Assembly (NCBI GenBank): GCA_041665925.1
Contig: JBAYHW010000004.1
Coordinates: 10,703-74,702 of the forward strand
Direction of reading: 5' to 3'
DNA from: Minisyncoccota bacterium
GTDB lineage: Bacteria > Patescibacteriota > Minisyncoccia > Phycocordibacterales > UBA9973
Length of the DNA stretch: 64,000 bases
Below, in pieces: positions 26,052 through 35,687 of this stretch. Both the position numbers and the translations under genes were made by a program. Position 1 is the stretch's first letter. Every line of letters begins with the position of its first letter. Under the pieces are notes generated by a model that was given only the letters and a program-made list of their open reading frames with translations, did not search any database and was not told the DNA's origin.

Positions 26052-27230
26052 ATGAGAATTTTAAGCATTGAAACATCCTGTGATGAAACAGGGATAAGTA
26101 TAATGGAAGCCAAGGGAGGCATCACAAATGCTTCTTTTAAGGTGTTGGCTGATAACGTCTCTTCGCAGATTGACGTTCATATTCCATACGGAGGAGTCTA
26201 CCCTGCTCTTGCAAAAAGAGAGCATCTGAAAAATTTACCTTTAGTTCTTGAAAAAACTCTCAAAGACGCGAAATTAAACAAGAAAGTTAAACCAGTGGAC
26301 GCTATAGCTGTGACTTACGGCCCAGGGTTGGAACCAGCACTTTGGACAGGTATAGTCCTAGCTAAAGAACTTGCCAAAAAGTGGCACGTACCCCTTGTAC
26401 CCGTAAACCACATGGAAGGACATCTACTTTCAGTATTCGGTAAAAATAAAGGCAGTTTTAAAATTCCAAAAATAAAAACCCCCATACTTGCGCTTTTAGT
26501 ATCTGGCGGACACACAGAAATAGTGCTGATGAAAAAGTGGATGGATTATAAAATAATTGGACAAACCTTAGATGATGCTGTGGGTGAAGCCTTTGATAAA
26601 GTCGCTCGCATGCTCGGACTTCCCTATCCCGGTGGTCCACAAATCTCAAAATTAGCAGAAATGGAAAGAGTTCAAGTTAAAGGAAAACAATCTTTACAGG
26701 GTGTCTCGCAGGCCGACGGGCCGAGAGGCAGCGCTCCGCGAACACGCGGAGACAGCGACCCTGGAAAAATTCGTTTTCCTTTTGTTCTTCCTCGTCCCAT
26801 GCTTCACTCTAAAAATTTTGATTTCTCGTTTTCTGGATTAAAGACTGCGGTTTTATATTTAATCCGTGACTTAGGCGGTCTAGAGAAAATAAATGCGCAA
26901 ACAAAATCTCAAATAGCGCTTGAATTTGAAAACGCAGCTATTGAGTGTCTGATTTATAAAACACAAAAAGCCATCGAACAATATAAAATACAGACAATAG
27001 TAGTCGGGGGCGGAGTTTCTGCAAATAAACATCTAAAAGACGAAATGACCCGCCTTCGCCAAGGCTTCGGACGGGCAGGAAAAACTCTGAAAATATATTT
27101 TCCTTCTAAGGAGCTTTCTACTGATAATTCCCTAATGATAGGCATCGCTGGGTACTTAAATTATATTAAAAATAAAAGAAAGGTCCCGAACCCTAAGAGG
27201 ATAAAAGCAACTGGCAATTTAAGGCTTTAA
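26052..27230 (+). CDS. tsaD: tRNA t6A37 threonylcarbamoyladenosine biosynthesis protein TsaD (with GC-rich in-frame insert)
   Basis: Kae1/YgjD fold motifs; FDFSFSGLKTAV. Confidence 0.9.
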   Translation: MRILSIETSCDETGISIMEAKGGITNASFKVLADNVSSQIDVHIPYGGVYPALAKREHLKNLPLVLEKTLKDAKLNKKVKPVDAIAVTYGPGLEPALWTGIVLAKELAKKWHVPLVPVNHMEGHLLSVFGKNKGSFKIPKIKTPILALLVSGGHTEIVLMKKWMDYKIIGQTLDDAVGEAFDKVARMLGLPYPGGPQISKLAEMERVQVKGKQSLQGVSQADGPRGSAPRTRGDSDPGKIRFPFVLPRPMLHSKNFDFSFSGLKTAVLYLIRDLGGLEKINAQTKSQIALEFENAAIECLIYKTQKAIEQYKIQTIVVGGGVSANKHLKDEMTRLRQGFGRAGKTLKIYFPSKELSTDNSLMIGIAGYLNYIKNKRKVPNPKRIKATGNLRL

Positions 27231-27314
27231 TTGATCCCGTAGTGAATTTTGCCAACGCGCTTTAGCGCCTTATAAATATTGGCAAAATCTACTACAGGAT
27301 GATATTATTAGGGC

Positions 27315-27395
27315 ATGGATCCCGTTAAAAATAGCCGCGCCAGCGGTCCCACGGACTCGTCAAAAAAGACGAGCGCGATTTCTAATGGGATGGAT
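27315..27395 (+). repeat. start-codon-embedded inverted-repeat element, subfamily B (ATG = valS start)
   Basis: ATGGATCCCGTTAAAAAT ... ATTTCTAATGGGATGGAT, GC-rich hairpin spacer. Confidence 0.65.
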
Positions 27396-29510
27396 GAGAA
27401 GCTAAAGAAACCCTACGACCCTAAAAACACAGAAGAAAGAATATACAAACTCTGGGAAGAGTCTGGTTTTTTTAGCCCGGATAATTTACCAGGAAACAGA
27501 GAAGAGGCCTTTACTATAATTATGCCCCCAGCTAATGCCAACGGCTCCCTGCATGCGGGACACGGCTTGGTCATGACCATTGAGGACATTATGGTACGCT
27601 ATAAGAGAATGCAAGGTTATAGAACTCTTTGGCTTCCTGGACTCGACCATGCCGGCTTTGAGACACAAGTAGTCTATGAAAAAAAATTAGAAAAAGAAGG
27701 CCGCACTAGATTCGGAATGGATAGAGATGTTTTATATAAAGAAATTCTTGACTTTACCTTAACTAATTCTAAAAATATTAAGTCGCAAATAAAACAGCTC
27801 GGAGCATCTTGCGATTGGTCTCGAGAGAAATTTACTCTAGATGACAGTGTGGTTAAAACTGTTTACCAAACATTTAAAAGAATGTATGATGACGATTTAG
27901 TATATCGAGGTAATAGAATAGTGAGCTGGTGTTCCAAACATCAAACTTCTTTTTCTGATTTAGAAATAAAAGACGAGGAACGAGTTGAGCCATATTATTA
28001 TTTAAAATACGGACCATTTATTATATCTACCTCACGTCCCGAAACAAAGTTTGGAGATAAATACGTGACTATGCATCCGGATGACAAAAGGTATGCGGAG
28101 TATAAAAACGGCCAAAAAATAAATCTGGAATGGATAAATGGGCCACTAGAGGCCACAATAATAAAAGATGAGGCCGTAGATATGGAATTCGGAACCGGTG
28201 TCATGACTATAACTCCATGGCATGACGTTGCCGATTTTGGGATAGCAGAAAGACATAATTTGGACAAAGAACAAGTCATAGATGAACACGGAAAGCTTTT
28301 ACCTATCGCGGGAGAATTTGCAGGTATGCATATCAAAAAAGCTCGCCCCCTTATTATAGAAAAATTGCAGGCGAAAGGTCTGGTAAAAAAAATAGACGAA
28401 AATTACAAACACGTTGTGCGCACGTGTTATAAATGTGGAACGATTATTGAACCTCAAATAAAAAATCAATGGTTCGTTAAGATGAAACCCTTAGCAGAAA
28501 AAGCGTTAGAGAAAATAAATAGTGAAGAAATAAAATACATTCCAGAACATTATAAAAAAGTTACCACGTATTGGCTGGAGAATATTATGGATTGGAATAT
28601 TTCTAGACAAATTGTCTGGGGTATTCCTATCCCTGCGAAAATTTGTACTAAATGCGGACACGGAATGGTAGACCTAGAAAATAAAATTTCTAAATGCGAT
28701 AAATGTGGGGGCGTTGTAACTCAAGACTCAGACACTTTCGATACGTGGTTTTCTTCTAGTCAGTGGCCTTACGTAGTGCTTGAATACCCCGAAGACTCAG
28801 ATTTTAAAACATTTTATCCTACTAGTGTGATGGAAACAGCTGGAGATTTGGTTTTCTTTTGGGTTGCTCGGATGATTATGATGGGCTTATATGTGACTGG
28901 GGAAATCCCGTTTGAAACTGTATACATGCATGGAATGGTTCTCGATGCAAAAAGTCAAAAAATGAGTAAAAGTAAGGGTAATGTAATTGACCCACTAACT
29001 TACACTGAGCAGTTTGGCACAGATGCTTTTCGTATGGGAATGATAGTCGGTAATACTCCTGGAACTTCGTTAGCACTTTCCCCTGATAAAATCAGAGGTT
29101 ATAAAAACTTTGCAAATAAAATTTGGAATGCAACCCGCTTCGTCTTAGACAATACAAAAGATTTTGTTATTCCAGAAAATCCAAATGATATTGAGTATGA
29201 TGAAGAAGACAAGCAATCCGATGCGGAGTTAAAAACCCTAGTCACCGAAATTACGAAAGAAATGGATGAGTTTAAATTCTACATAGTCGCCGAAAAACTT
29301 TATCATTATTTCTGGCACACTTTCGCTGATATAATAATAGAACGCTCAAAAAAGAAAAACACTGATTCGACCAAAGCGCTACTTCTTACCCAGCTCACAA
29401 CCTTGCTCAAGGCACTACATCCTTTTATCCCTTTTGTAACAGAAGAAATTTGGTCGATGATACCAAGGAAAGATAATAATCTTTTAATCGTTGAAAAATG
29501 GCCATCTTAA
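27390..29510 (+). CDS. valS: valyl-tRNA synthetase (short form lacking C-terminal coiled coil; ORF track start 27315 lies inside the repeat element)
   Basis: HAGH (HIGH) and KMSKS motifs; ValRS-like RYKRMQGY..DHAG, SDLEI. Confidence 0.85.
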   Translation: MDEKLKKPYDPKNTEERIYKLWEESGFFSPDNLPGNREEAFTIIMPPANANGSLHAGHGLVMTIEDIMVRYKRMQGYRTLWLPGLDHAGFETQVVYEKKLEKEGRTRFGMDRDVLYKEILDFTLTNSKNIKSQIKQLGASCDWSREKFTLDDSVVKTVYQTFKRMYDDDLVYRGNRIVSWCSKHQTSFSDLEIKDEERVEPYYYLKYGPFIISTSRPETKFGDKYVTMHPDDKRYAEYKNGQKINLEWINGPLEATIIKDEAVDMEFGTGVMTITPWHDVADFGIAERHNLDKEQVIDEHGKLLPIAGEFAGMHIKKARPLIIEKLQAKGLVKKIDENYKHVVRTCYKCGTIIEPQIKNQWFVKMKPLAEKALEKINSEEIKYIPEHYKKVTTYWLENIMDWNISRQIVWGIPIPAKICTKCGHGMVDLENKISKCDKCGGVVTQDSDTFDTWFSSSQWPYVVLEYPEDSDFKTFYPTSVMETAGDLVFFWVARMIMMGLYVTGEIPFETVYMHGMVLDAKSQKMSKSKGNVIDPLTYTEQFGTDAFRMGMIVGNTPGTSLALSPDKIRGYKNFANKIWNATRFVLDNTKDFVIPENPNDIEYDEEDKQSDAELKTLVTEITKEMDEFKFYIVAEKLYHYFWHTFADIIIERSKKKNTDSTKALLLTQLTTLLKALHPFIPFVTEEIWSMIPRKDNNLLIVEKWPS

Positions 29511-30196
29511 CTAGTGATCCAAAAATTTTAATGTTGGCTTTCATTGGAGGCATAATCCCATCTTTGTTGTGGTTGTGGTTTTGGTTAAAAGAAGACGAGG
29601 AACACCCAGAGCCAAAGGGACTACTAACTATGGTCTTCATCATGGGGATAATAGCAGTGGTAGTCACTCTTCCTATTCAGAAATTTATCCAAGGTCACAT
29701 CTCTTCAAACACTGGGCAGATTATCCTATGGGCTAGTACCGAAGAAGTACTAAAATATCTCGCAGTGTTAATAATTTTATATAAAACCAACAACGCCAAC
29801 GAGCCGATAGATTGGCCGATCTACATGATTACCGCAGCCCTCGGTTTCGCCGCCCTTGAGAATGCTCTTTTTCTGATTAAACCCTTTTCATTAAGCGAAG
29901 CAACAGTTGCTCTTCTTACTGGACAATTGCGATTTCTTGGATCTACCCTACTTCACACTATTGCGAGTGGAACTATAGGCATAGCCATAGGAATTTCTTT
30001 CTATACCAAAGGATTCAAGAGAAATTTTTCTATATTTATTGGTTTCTTGGTCGCCATTACCTTGCATAGTGCCTTTAATTTTTTTATAATAAGAAATGAA
30101 GGAAGTGACTTTTTGAAAGTGTTTGCATTTTTGTGGGTCGTCACAATTATAGTCATGTTACTTTTCGAAAAAGTAAGAAGAATGAGCGATAATTAA
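29498..30196 (+). CDS. PrsW-family intramembrane protease-like protein
   Basis: EExxK, FxxxH-like motifs in polytopic membrane protein. Confidence 0.45.
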   Translation: MAILTSDPKILMLAFIGGIIPSLLWLWFWLKEDEEHPEPKGLLTMVFIMGIIAVVVTLPIQKFIQGHISSNTGQIILWASTEEVLKYLAVLIILYKTNNANEPIDWPIYMITAALGFAALENALFLIKPFSLSEATVALLTGQLRFLGSTLLHTIASGTIGIAIGISFYTKGFKRNFSIFIGFLVAITLHSAFNFFIIRNEGSDFLKVFAFLWVVTIIVMLLFEKVRRMSDN

Positions 30197-30243
30197 TAAT
30201 AAATCAAGCCCTAGTAAAATCTAGCGCCTAATATCTAAAATTT

Positions 30244-30714
30244 ATGGAAAAGAAAAAAAGAAGTTTTTTTGAAAGGTTGACAGGAAGTGTAGATTTCGAA
30301 GAAGATAATCTTGAGACCAAGAAGGAAGCCGGAACAAAGGGGGATAAAAAAAATGGAAATAATTGGATTGAAGAAGAAAACGAAGAAGCAGAGTTGTCTG
30401 TGGATGTCTACCAGACTCCGACTGACATTATTATCCAGACTATGGTTGCTGGGGTTAAGCCAGAGGATTTAGAATTATCCATCGCTCGAGACATAATCTC
30501 TATCCGGGGTGAACGTGAAGAATCCAGAACAGTAGACGAAGACAATTATTTTACCCAAGAACTTTATTGGGGTAAATTTTCTCGAACTATCTCTCTCCCT
30601 GCCGAAGTAGAACCAGAGGAAGTAGAGGCAACCGAAAGACATGGTCTTCTTACTATAAAAATAAAGAAAGTAGACAAAGAAAAGAAAAATACCGTAAGAG
30701 TGAAGTCAATATAA
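30244..30714 (+). CDS. Hsp20/alpha-crystallin small heat-shock protein
   Basis: Alpha-crystallin domain pattern in C-terminal 100 aa. Confidence 0.85.
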   Translation: MEKKKRSFFERLTGSVDFEEDNLETKKEAGTKGDKKNGNNWIEEENEEAELSVDVYQTPTDIIIQTMVAGVKPEDLELSIARDIISIRGEREESRTVDEDNYFTQELYWGKFSRTISLPAEVEPEEVEATERHGLLTIKIKKVDKEKKNTVRVKSI

Positions 30715-30727
30715 AAAGATTCATTGT

Positions 30728-30771
30728 GGTCACAAGTATTTTTCTGCTGAAAAATCTCGCGACCCCGCCTC
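30728..30771 (-). repeat. 44-nt tRNA-3-prime-flank repeat, copy B
   Basis: Reverse complement matches 4625..4668 with 1 mismatch. Confidence 0.8.
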
Positions 30772-30813
30772 GTCTGCCTACGCAGACTGCGGCTCACAAA
30801 AGCTCCGCTTTTG

Positions 30814-30885
30814 TGCCTAGGGGGTGAATCGCACACCCGACCTGTCCCTCTTCAGGGGAACGCTCTACTACTGAGCTACCTAGGC
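30814..30885 (-). tRNA. tRNA-Phe(GAA), atypical T-loop (TGCGATT)
   Basis: Acceptor GCCTAGG/CCTAGGC perfect, anticodon loop CTGAAGA; T-loop non-canonical so lower confidence. Confidence 0.55.
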
Positions 30886-31115
30886 ATTTTTAACTTTAAA
30901 AACCTTCTTCCTGCTGCCGATTTAAAATATAATTCTCTCTTTCTTGCTTCCTCAAATGTATCATATTCTTCTTTATATACAAGTTGTAAACCAATCATCT
31001 TACTTGTAGTTATTGTGTGCCCAGAAAAATGTTCGGCTAATCTCCTAACAAGATTATTTGTCATTCCTTTATATAATTTACCTTTTTTATCTTTTAAAAC
31101 ATAGGTGATAAACAT
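30876..31115 (-). CDS. small GIY-YIG nuclease domain protein (alt. upstream start 31190)
   Basis: MFITYVLKDKKGKLYKGMTNNLVRRLAEH GIY-YIG core; 3-prime end overlaps tRNA-Phe 5-prime end. Confidence 0.6.
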   Translation of the reverse strand: MFITYVLKDKKGKLYKGMTNNLVRRLAEHFSGHTITTSKMIGLQLVYKEEYDTFEEARKRELYFKSAAGRRFLKLKMPR

Positions 31116-31192
31116 AAAGAAACATTTATTACAAATTAGGGCTGAGCCCCGCCCGTACCGAACGGTACGTTCGGGCGGGTACCTAGGCATTT

Positions 31193-31450
31193 TTAATTTT
31201 GAAAATTCTTGAAAAAAGAGCTAACACTGTCGACATTACTTTTTGCTCCTCCATATACACCAATTATTTGATCCACATACGGCTGAACAAAATAATATGC
31301 TCCAATGGCCGAACCTATGATGAGAGCCCAGTAAACAAAAGTCATTACTCGCCCTAAAAACATTGAACGCCTTATGGCGCGTAACATTTTATTATTATCT
31401 TCCTCAAGGGCTACACTCTTCTCTAAAAGCTCTCTTTCCTCTTGAGACAT
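31193..31450 (-). CDS. small membrane protein (85 aa)
   Basis: ORF with TM helix; preceded by shared 17-mer leader motif 31454..31470. Confidence 0.45.
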   Translation of the reverse strand: MSQEERELLEKSVALEEDNNKMLRAIRRSMFLGRVMTFVYWALIIGSAIGAYYFVQPYVDQIIGVYGGAKSNVDSVSSFFKNFQN

Positions 31451-31473
31451 AGCTAAATACTAGCAAAAATTTG

Positions 31474-31545
31474 TGCCCTCGGCAAGAATCGAACTTACAT
31501 CTATTCCTTAGGACGGAACTGTTCTATCCATTGAACTACGAGGGC
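31474..31545 (-). tRNA. tRNA-Arg(CCT)
   Basis: Hand-folded; anticodon loop GTCCTAA; T-loop TTCGATT. Confidence 0.75.
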
Positions 31546-31559
31546 AATGGACTATCTTA

Positions 31560-31793
31560 TTATAATCCAAGCAATTTAGCTATCTTCGGCTTATCGAACC
31601 CAACAGTGAGATCACCATCTATTATTATAACGGGGACACCCATTTGTCCACTTTTTTCTACCATTTCCCTCCTTTTTTCTAAATCTGTCGCCACGTTGTA
31701 GTCTGTAAAAGCTACATTGTTTTCCTTAAAGAAATCCTTAGCCATATGGCAGAAATGACAAGTCGGTGTTGAGTAAATCGTTACGTTTTTCAT
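31560..31793 (-). CDS. glutaredoxin-like protein (NrdH/YruB-like)
   Basis: CHFC redox motif near N-terminus, 77 aa. Confidence 0.75.
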   Translation of the reverse strand: MKNVTIYSTPTCHFCHMAKDFFKENNVAFTDYNVATDLEKRREMVEKSGQMGVPVIIIDGDLTVGFDKPKIAKLLGL

Positions 31794-31875
31794 AAAAAAT
31801 TCCCGCTTCAGGCGGACGTCCGCCCCAGGCGGAAATTACTTTTAATCTTTTAATTATAGCATACGTGTCAAGTAG

Positions 31876-31946
31876 TGCGGGATGCGAGAATCGAACTCGC
31901 GTCTAATCCTTGGGAAGGACTCATTTTACCACTAAACTAATCCCGC
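31876..31946 (-). tRNA. tRNA-Gly(CCC)
   Basis: Hand-folded; anticodon loop TTCCCAA; T-loop TTCGATT. Confidence 0.75.
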
Positions 31947-31958
31947 TTAAGCGGTATA

Positions 31959-34376
31959 TTAACCGCTTTTTGTGGTATTGCCAAGGGCCATTATTATCTT
32001 AAACACAGTGTCAGGATTTAGAGACATACTTTCAATTCCTTCTTCTACTAGGAACTTTGCAAATTCTGGATAGTCGGATGGAGCTTGTCCGCAAATGCCA
32101 ATGTATTTATTTTTCGCTCGGCATTTATGAATTATCTCTGCCACCATTTTTTTCACTGCAGGATTGTTTTCATTGGCAATATGAGTGACTATTCCAGAAT
32201 CCCTGTCTAATCCGAGTGTCAGCTGTGTCAAATCATTTGATCCGATAGACATACCATCAAATATTTCCAAAAATTCGTCAGCGAGCAAAATATTTGAAGG
32301 AATTTCGCACATTACATATACCCGAAGAGTAGAATCCGTAGCTCTGTCTACGCCATTGGCTTTCATGACTTCAATCACTTGCTTGCCTTCTTCTGGGGTT
32401 CGGCAGAAAGGTATCATAGGAACAACATTGGTGAATCCCATTTCTTCGCGCACTTTTTTCATCGCTTGGCATTCTAGAGCAAACGCATCTTTGAATTTTG
32501 GGTCATAGTATCTGGATGCTCCTCTCCAGCCGAGCATTGGGTTTTCTTCTTTGGGTTCATACAATTCTCCACCCAAAAGCGTCCTATACTCATTCGTTTT
32601 AAAATCAGAGAAGCGAATAATGACATCGTGCGGAGCAAATGTCGCCGCAATTTTAGCAATCCCGAGCGCTAGCTCGTCAACGTAAAATTGTGCTTTGTTT
32701 TTATATAGCGGAGTGAGACGATCAATTTCTTTTAGAACTTTTGTAATGTATGGGGTCTTTTTGCCCTTCTTCAAATTCTCATATTGCAGAAGCGCATTTG
32801 GATGCGCTCGGACAAATGAAGCGATAATGAATTCAAGCCTTCCCAAACCCACGCCCTCTGCCGGCAAATGATGATTGGCAAAGGCATCGTTTGGTGAACC
32901 TATGTTTACCATTATTTTTACAGGCGGTTTGGAAATTTTGTCCAAGTGATGCTCGGTAACCTTAAATGGTAAAATCCCTGCATATACTTGCCCCGTAGAG
33001 GCATCCACAGTCACCTCCTGGCCGTTCTTAAGCGTTTTAGTAGCGTTATTTGACCCTACAATGCATGGAATACCCAACTCGCGAGAAACTATAGCTGCAT
33101 GCGAAGTTCGGCCCCCTTTGTCGGTTATAATGGCGCTCGCTATCTTCATTATCGGCTCCCAGTCTGGATCAGTGATTTCTGTAACCAGAACTTCCCCTTT
33201 TTGAAATTGAGAAATATTTTTTGCATTTTTTAATATGCGCACCTTACCACTGCCCATCTTGGCGCCAACCGAAATTCCATTGACTAAAACTTTTCCCGTT
33301 TTTTCTAAATGATATTCTTTGAGCACGTTTTTATCTTCTACAGAGCGAACTGTCTCTGGGCGCGCTTGAACTATAAAAAGTTCTCCTGTCTTGCCGTCCT
33401 TTGCCCACTCTATGTCCATGGGTTGATAGCGGTTATGCTTCTTGGAAAAATATTTTTCTATTTGCAAACACCAGCTTGCAAGCTTTTTAACCTCATCGTC
33501 TGTCAAAGAATATTTTACTTGCTCGTTTTCTTTGACATTTTCTTTCTTGGTTCCGTCTTTTGCATAAACTAATTTAATACTCTTTTTTCCCAAATGCTTG
33601 CCTATAATAGGATTTTTTATTCCGCCTTCTAGGGTAGGCTTGTAAACTATAAATTCATCTGGAATCACCATTCCTTGAACTATGTATTCTCCGAGCCCGT
33701 ATATACCGTTTATAACTATTACTTTATCAAAACCTGTTTCAGTATCTATGGTGAAAGCCACACCAGAAGAAGAAAGGTCGGACCGCACCATCCTCTGGAT
33801 ACCTACTGAAAGTGCCGCGTCAAAATGCGAGAACCCCTTATCGGCTCGGTAAGATATCGCTCGGTCTGTAAAAAGCGAGGCTATGCATTTTTTAGTAGCG
33901 ATTAAAATGTTTTCAATCCCATGAATATTTAAATAAGTTTCTTGCTGTCCAGCAAATGATGCCCCGGGTAAGTCTTCAGCAGTAGCCGATGAACGCACTG
34001 CCACATCTGTGTTCTTTCCATATTTTTCACATAGTTTACTGTAAGCTAAATCTATTGCTTGGTTAAGATTTTCTGGAAGTTTAGCTTTAAGAATTGCTTC
34101 TCTAACCTTTTTCCCTCTAACTTGAAGATTCTTTATGCTCTTAGTATCTAAATCAGCGAGAATCAGCTTTATCTGATCATCAAGGCCTGTTTCTTTAAAA
34201 AAGTGCCGATATGCATCAGCTGTTAAGGCGAAGCCGTCTGGAACATTTACCCCAAGTGGCACCAGGTTGGAATACATTTCTCCTAATGCAGCATTTTTAC
34301 CTCCAACCGATGGAACATCGTCTATCCCTACTTCACTGTACCACTTAACAAAATTGTCCTTTTTTTCTTCTGCCAT
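31959..34376 (-). CDS. ppsA: phosphoenolpyruvate synthase (pyruvate, water dikinase)
   Basis: N-terminal VGGKNAALGEM ATP-grasp motif, ~800 aa PEP-utilizing enzyme. Confidence 0.85.
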   Translation of the reverse strand: MAEEKKDNFVKWYSEVGIDDVPSVGGKNAALGEMYSNLVPLGVNVPDGFALTADAYRHFFKETGLDDQIKLILADLDTKSIKNLQVRGKKVREAILKAKLPENLNQAIDLAYSKLCEKYGKNTDVAVRSSATAEDLPGASFAGQQETYLNIHGIENILIATKKCIASLFTDRAISYRADKGFSHFDAALSVGIQRMVRSDLSSSGVAFTIDTETGFDKVIVINGIYGLGEYIVQGMVIPDEFIVYKPTLEGGIKNPIIGKHLGKKSIKLVYAKDGTKKENVKENEQVKYSLTDDEVKKLASWCLQIEKYFSKKHNRYQPMDIEWAKDGKTGELFIVQARPETVRSVEDKNVLKEYHLEKTGKVLVNGISVGAKMGSGKVRILKNAKNISQFQKGEVLVTEITDPDWEPIMKIASAIITDKGGRTSHAAIVSRELGIPCIVGSNNATKTLKNGQEVTVDASTGQVYAGILPFKVTEHHLDKISKPPVKIMVNIGSPNDAFANHHLPAEGVGLGRLEFIIASFVRAHPNALLQYENLKKGKKTPYITKVLKEIDRLTPLYKNKAQFYVDELALGIAKIAATFAPHDVIIRFSDFKTNEYRTLLGGELYEPKEENPMLGWRGASRYYDPKFKDAFALECQAMKKVREEMGFTNVVPMIPFCRTPEEGKQVIEVMKANGVDRATDSTLRVYVMCEIPSNILLADEFLEIFDGMSIGSNDLTQLTLGLDRDSGIVTHIANENNPAVKKMVAEIIHKCRAKNKYIGICGQAPSDYPEFAKFLVEEGIESMSLNPDTVFKIIMALGNTTKSG

Positions 34377-34419
34377 AATAACTATTTTTTTTATTAATAA
34401 TAAATTTATTTTGTAATTT

Positions 34420-35634
34420 TTAATGTGTAATCTGAATTAACCTCTTATACTTTACCATCCTTTCTGTTTTTGTGGGAGCTCCAGCTTTTAAACCAAAACA
34501 GCCGAAAGCAAAGGCGAGGTCTGCGATGAAATCATCTTCTGTCTCTCCACTTCTATGGCTTACTATTAATTCAACGTTATTGTCTCTGGCCAGTTTCATC
34601 GTCTGTAGAGTCTCCGTCAGAGTACCTATCTGATTCGGTTTTATTATCATCGCATTGATGCTATTTTTTTCTATAGCTTGCTGTAAAAGAATTTTATTAG
34701 TCACAGTCAAATCATCTCCTACAACTTTTAACGTAGACTGAGCGTCTTTCAACTCTCTAAAGCTTTCAAAGTCTTCCTCCTGGAAAGGATCCTCAATGGA
34801 GAGTAAATTAAATTCTTTCATCAGATCAGCATAAATACCTAAAAGCTCATCCTTGGTGATTTCTTTACCGTCAACTTTATATTTTCCTTTATCGTAAAAA
34901 GAAGAACTAGCTACATCGAGAGCAATCCTAACCTTACCTTCCAATCCATTTTGTTTTATTGCCTCGTGTAAATAAATGATTGGCTGCCTAATGTCGCTAA
35001 TTTTCGGGGCAAAGCCTCCTTCGTCTCCATAAATCGTAGATTCTTCCCCTAAATCTTTCTTAATTTTCTCTTTTAAATAATTATGAATTGCGATCCCGAT
35101 ATTTATGGCTTCTTCTACGTTTTCTGTTTCAGGGACAATGTGATATTCCTGAAAAGCAAGATTGTTCTTCGCGTGTTTACCGCCATTGATTAAATTCATG
35201 TATAAAAAAGGAATACGTCGAGATGGCTTTATTTCTGCTAAATTTTGTAGATATTTAAAAACTTCTTCCTTCTTTACTTTCGCCGCTACCTTTGCGCACG
35301 CTATACTTACTCCAATCATAGAATTTCCGCCTAGGATATCTTTATTGGCTGTGCCATCTAGCTCAATCATAATTCTGTCTATTTCTTCTTGCTTAAAAAT
35401 ATCTTTACCAATTAAAACTGGATCAATAACAGTGTTCACTTTTTCTAAGGCAGTTTTTATGCCTTTCCCATCTTCATCCCGTAATTCATGGGCTTCGTGG
35501 GCACCAGTGGACGCCCCAGAAGGTACCGAAAAGCTGTCGTGGATCTCTCCCACCCACACCGTCACTTTCAAAGTCGGATTGTCGCGCGAATCCTTAATTT
35601 CTTCTGCAAGAATTTTAGAAATGTAATTATTCAT
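34420..35634 (-). CDS. eno: enolase
   Basis: SGASTGAHEAHELRD and C-terminal SHRSGETED motifs. Confidence 0.95.
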   Translation of the reverse strand: MNNYISKILAEEIKDSRDNPTLKVTVWVGEIHDSFSVPSGASTGAHEAHELRDEDGKGIKTALEKVNTVIDPVLIGKDIFKQEEIDRIMIELDGTANKDILGGNSMIGVSIACAKVAAKVKKEEVFKYLQNLAEIKPSRRIPFLYMNLINGGKHAKNNLAFQEYHIVPETENVEEAINIGIAIHNYLKEKIKKDLGEESTIYGDEGGFAPKISDIRQPIIYLHEAIKQNGLEGKVRIALDVASSSFYDKGKYKVDGKEITKDELLGIYADLMKEFNLLSIEDPFQEEDFESFRELKDAQSTLKVVGDDLTVTNKILLQQAIEKNSINAMIIKPNQIGTLTETLQTMKLARDNNVELIVSHRSGETEDDFIADLAFAFGCFGLKAGAPTKTERMVKYKRLIQITH

Positions 35635-35687
35635 ATTTTACTTATATTATACTTCTTATTTTACCATATTTTTGTTAAGATAAGCAC

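Noticed and set aside
30814-30885. Doubt whether tRNA-Phe is a pseudogene
   Set aside because: The T-loop reads TGCGATT instead of TTCGAnT and the 27-43 pair is mismatched. The acceptor, D-arm and anticodon arm with U33-GAA-purine37 are otherwise well formed. It is kept as a tRNA at reduced confidence.
35488-35687. Upstream extension of pyrD ORF overlapping eno
   Set aside because: The conserved DHODH N-terminus begins at MDKIISLRN (35688). The extension overlaps the convergent enolase gene.
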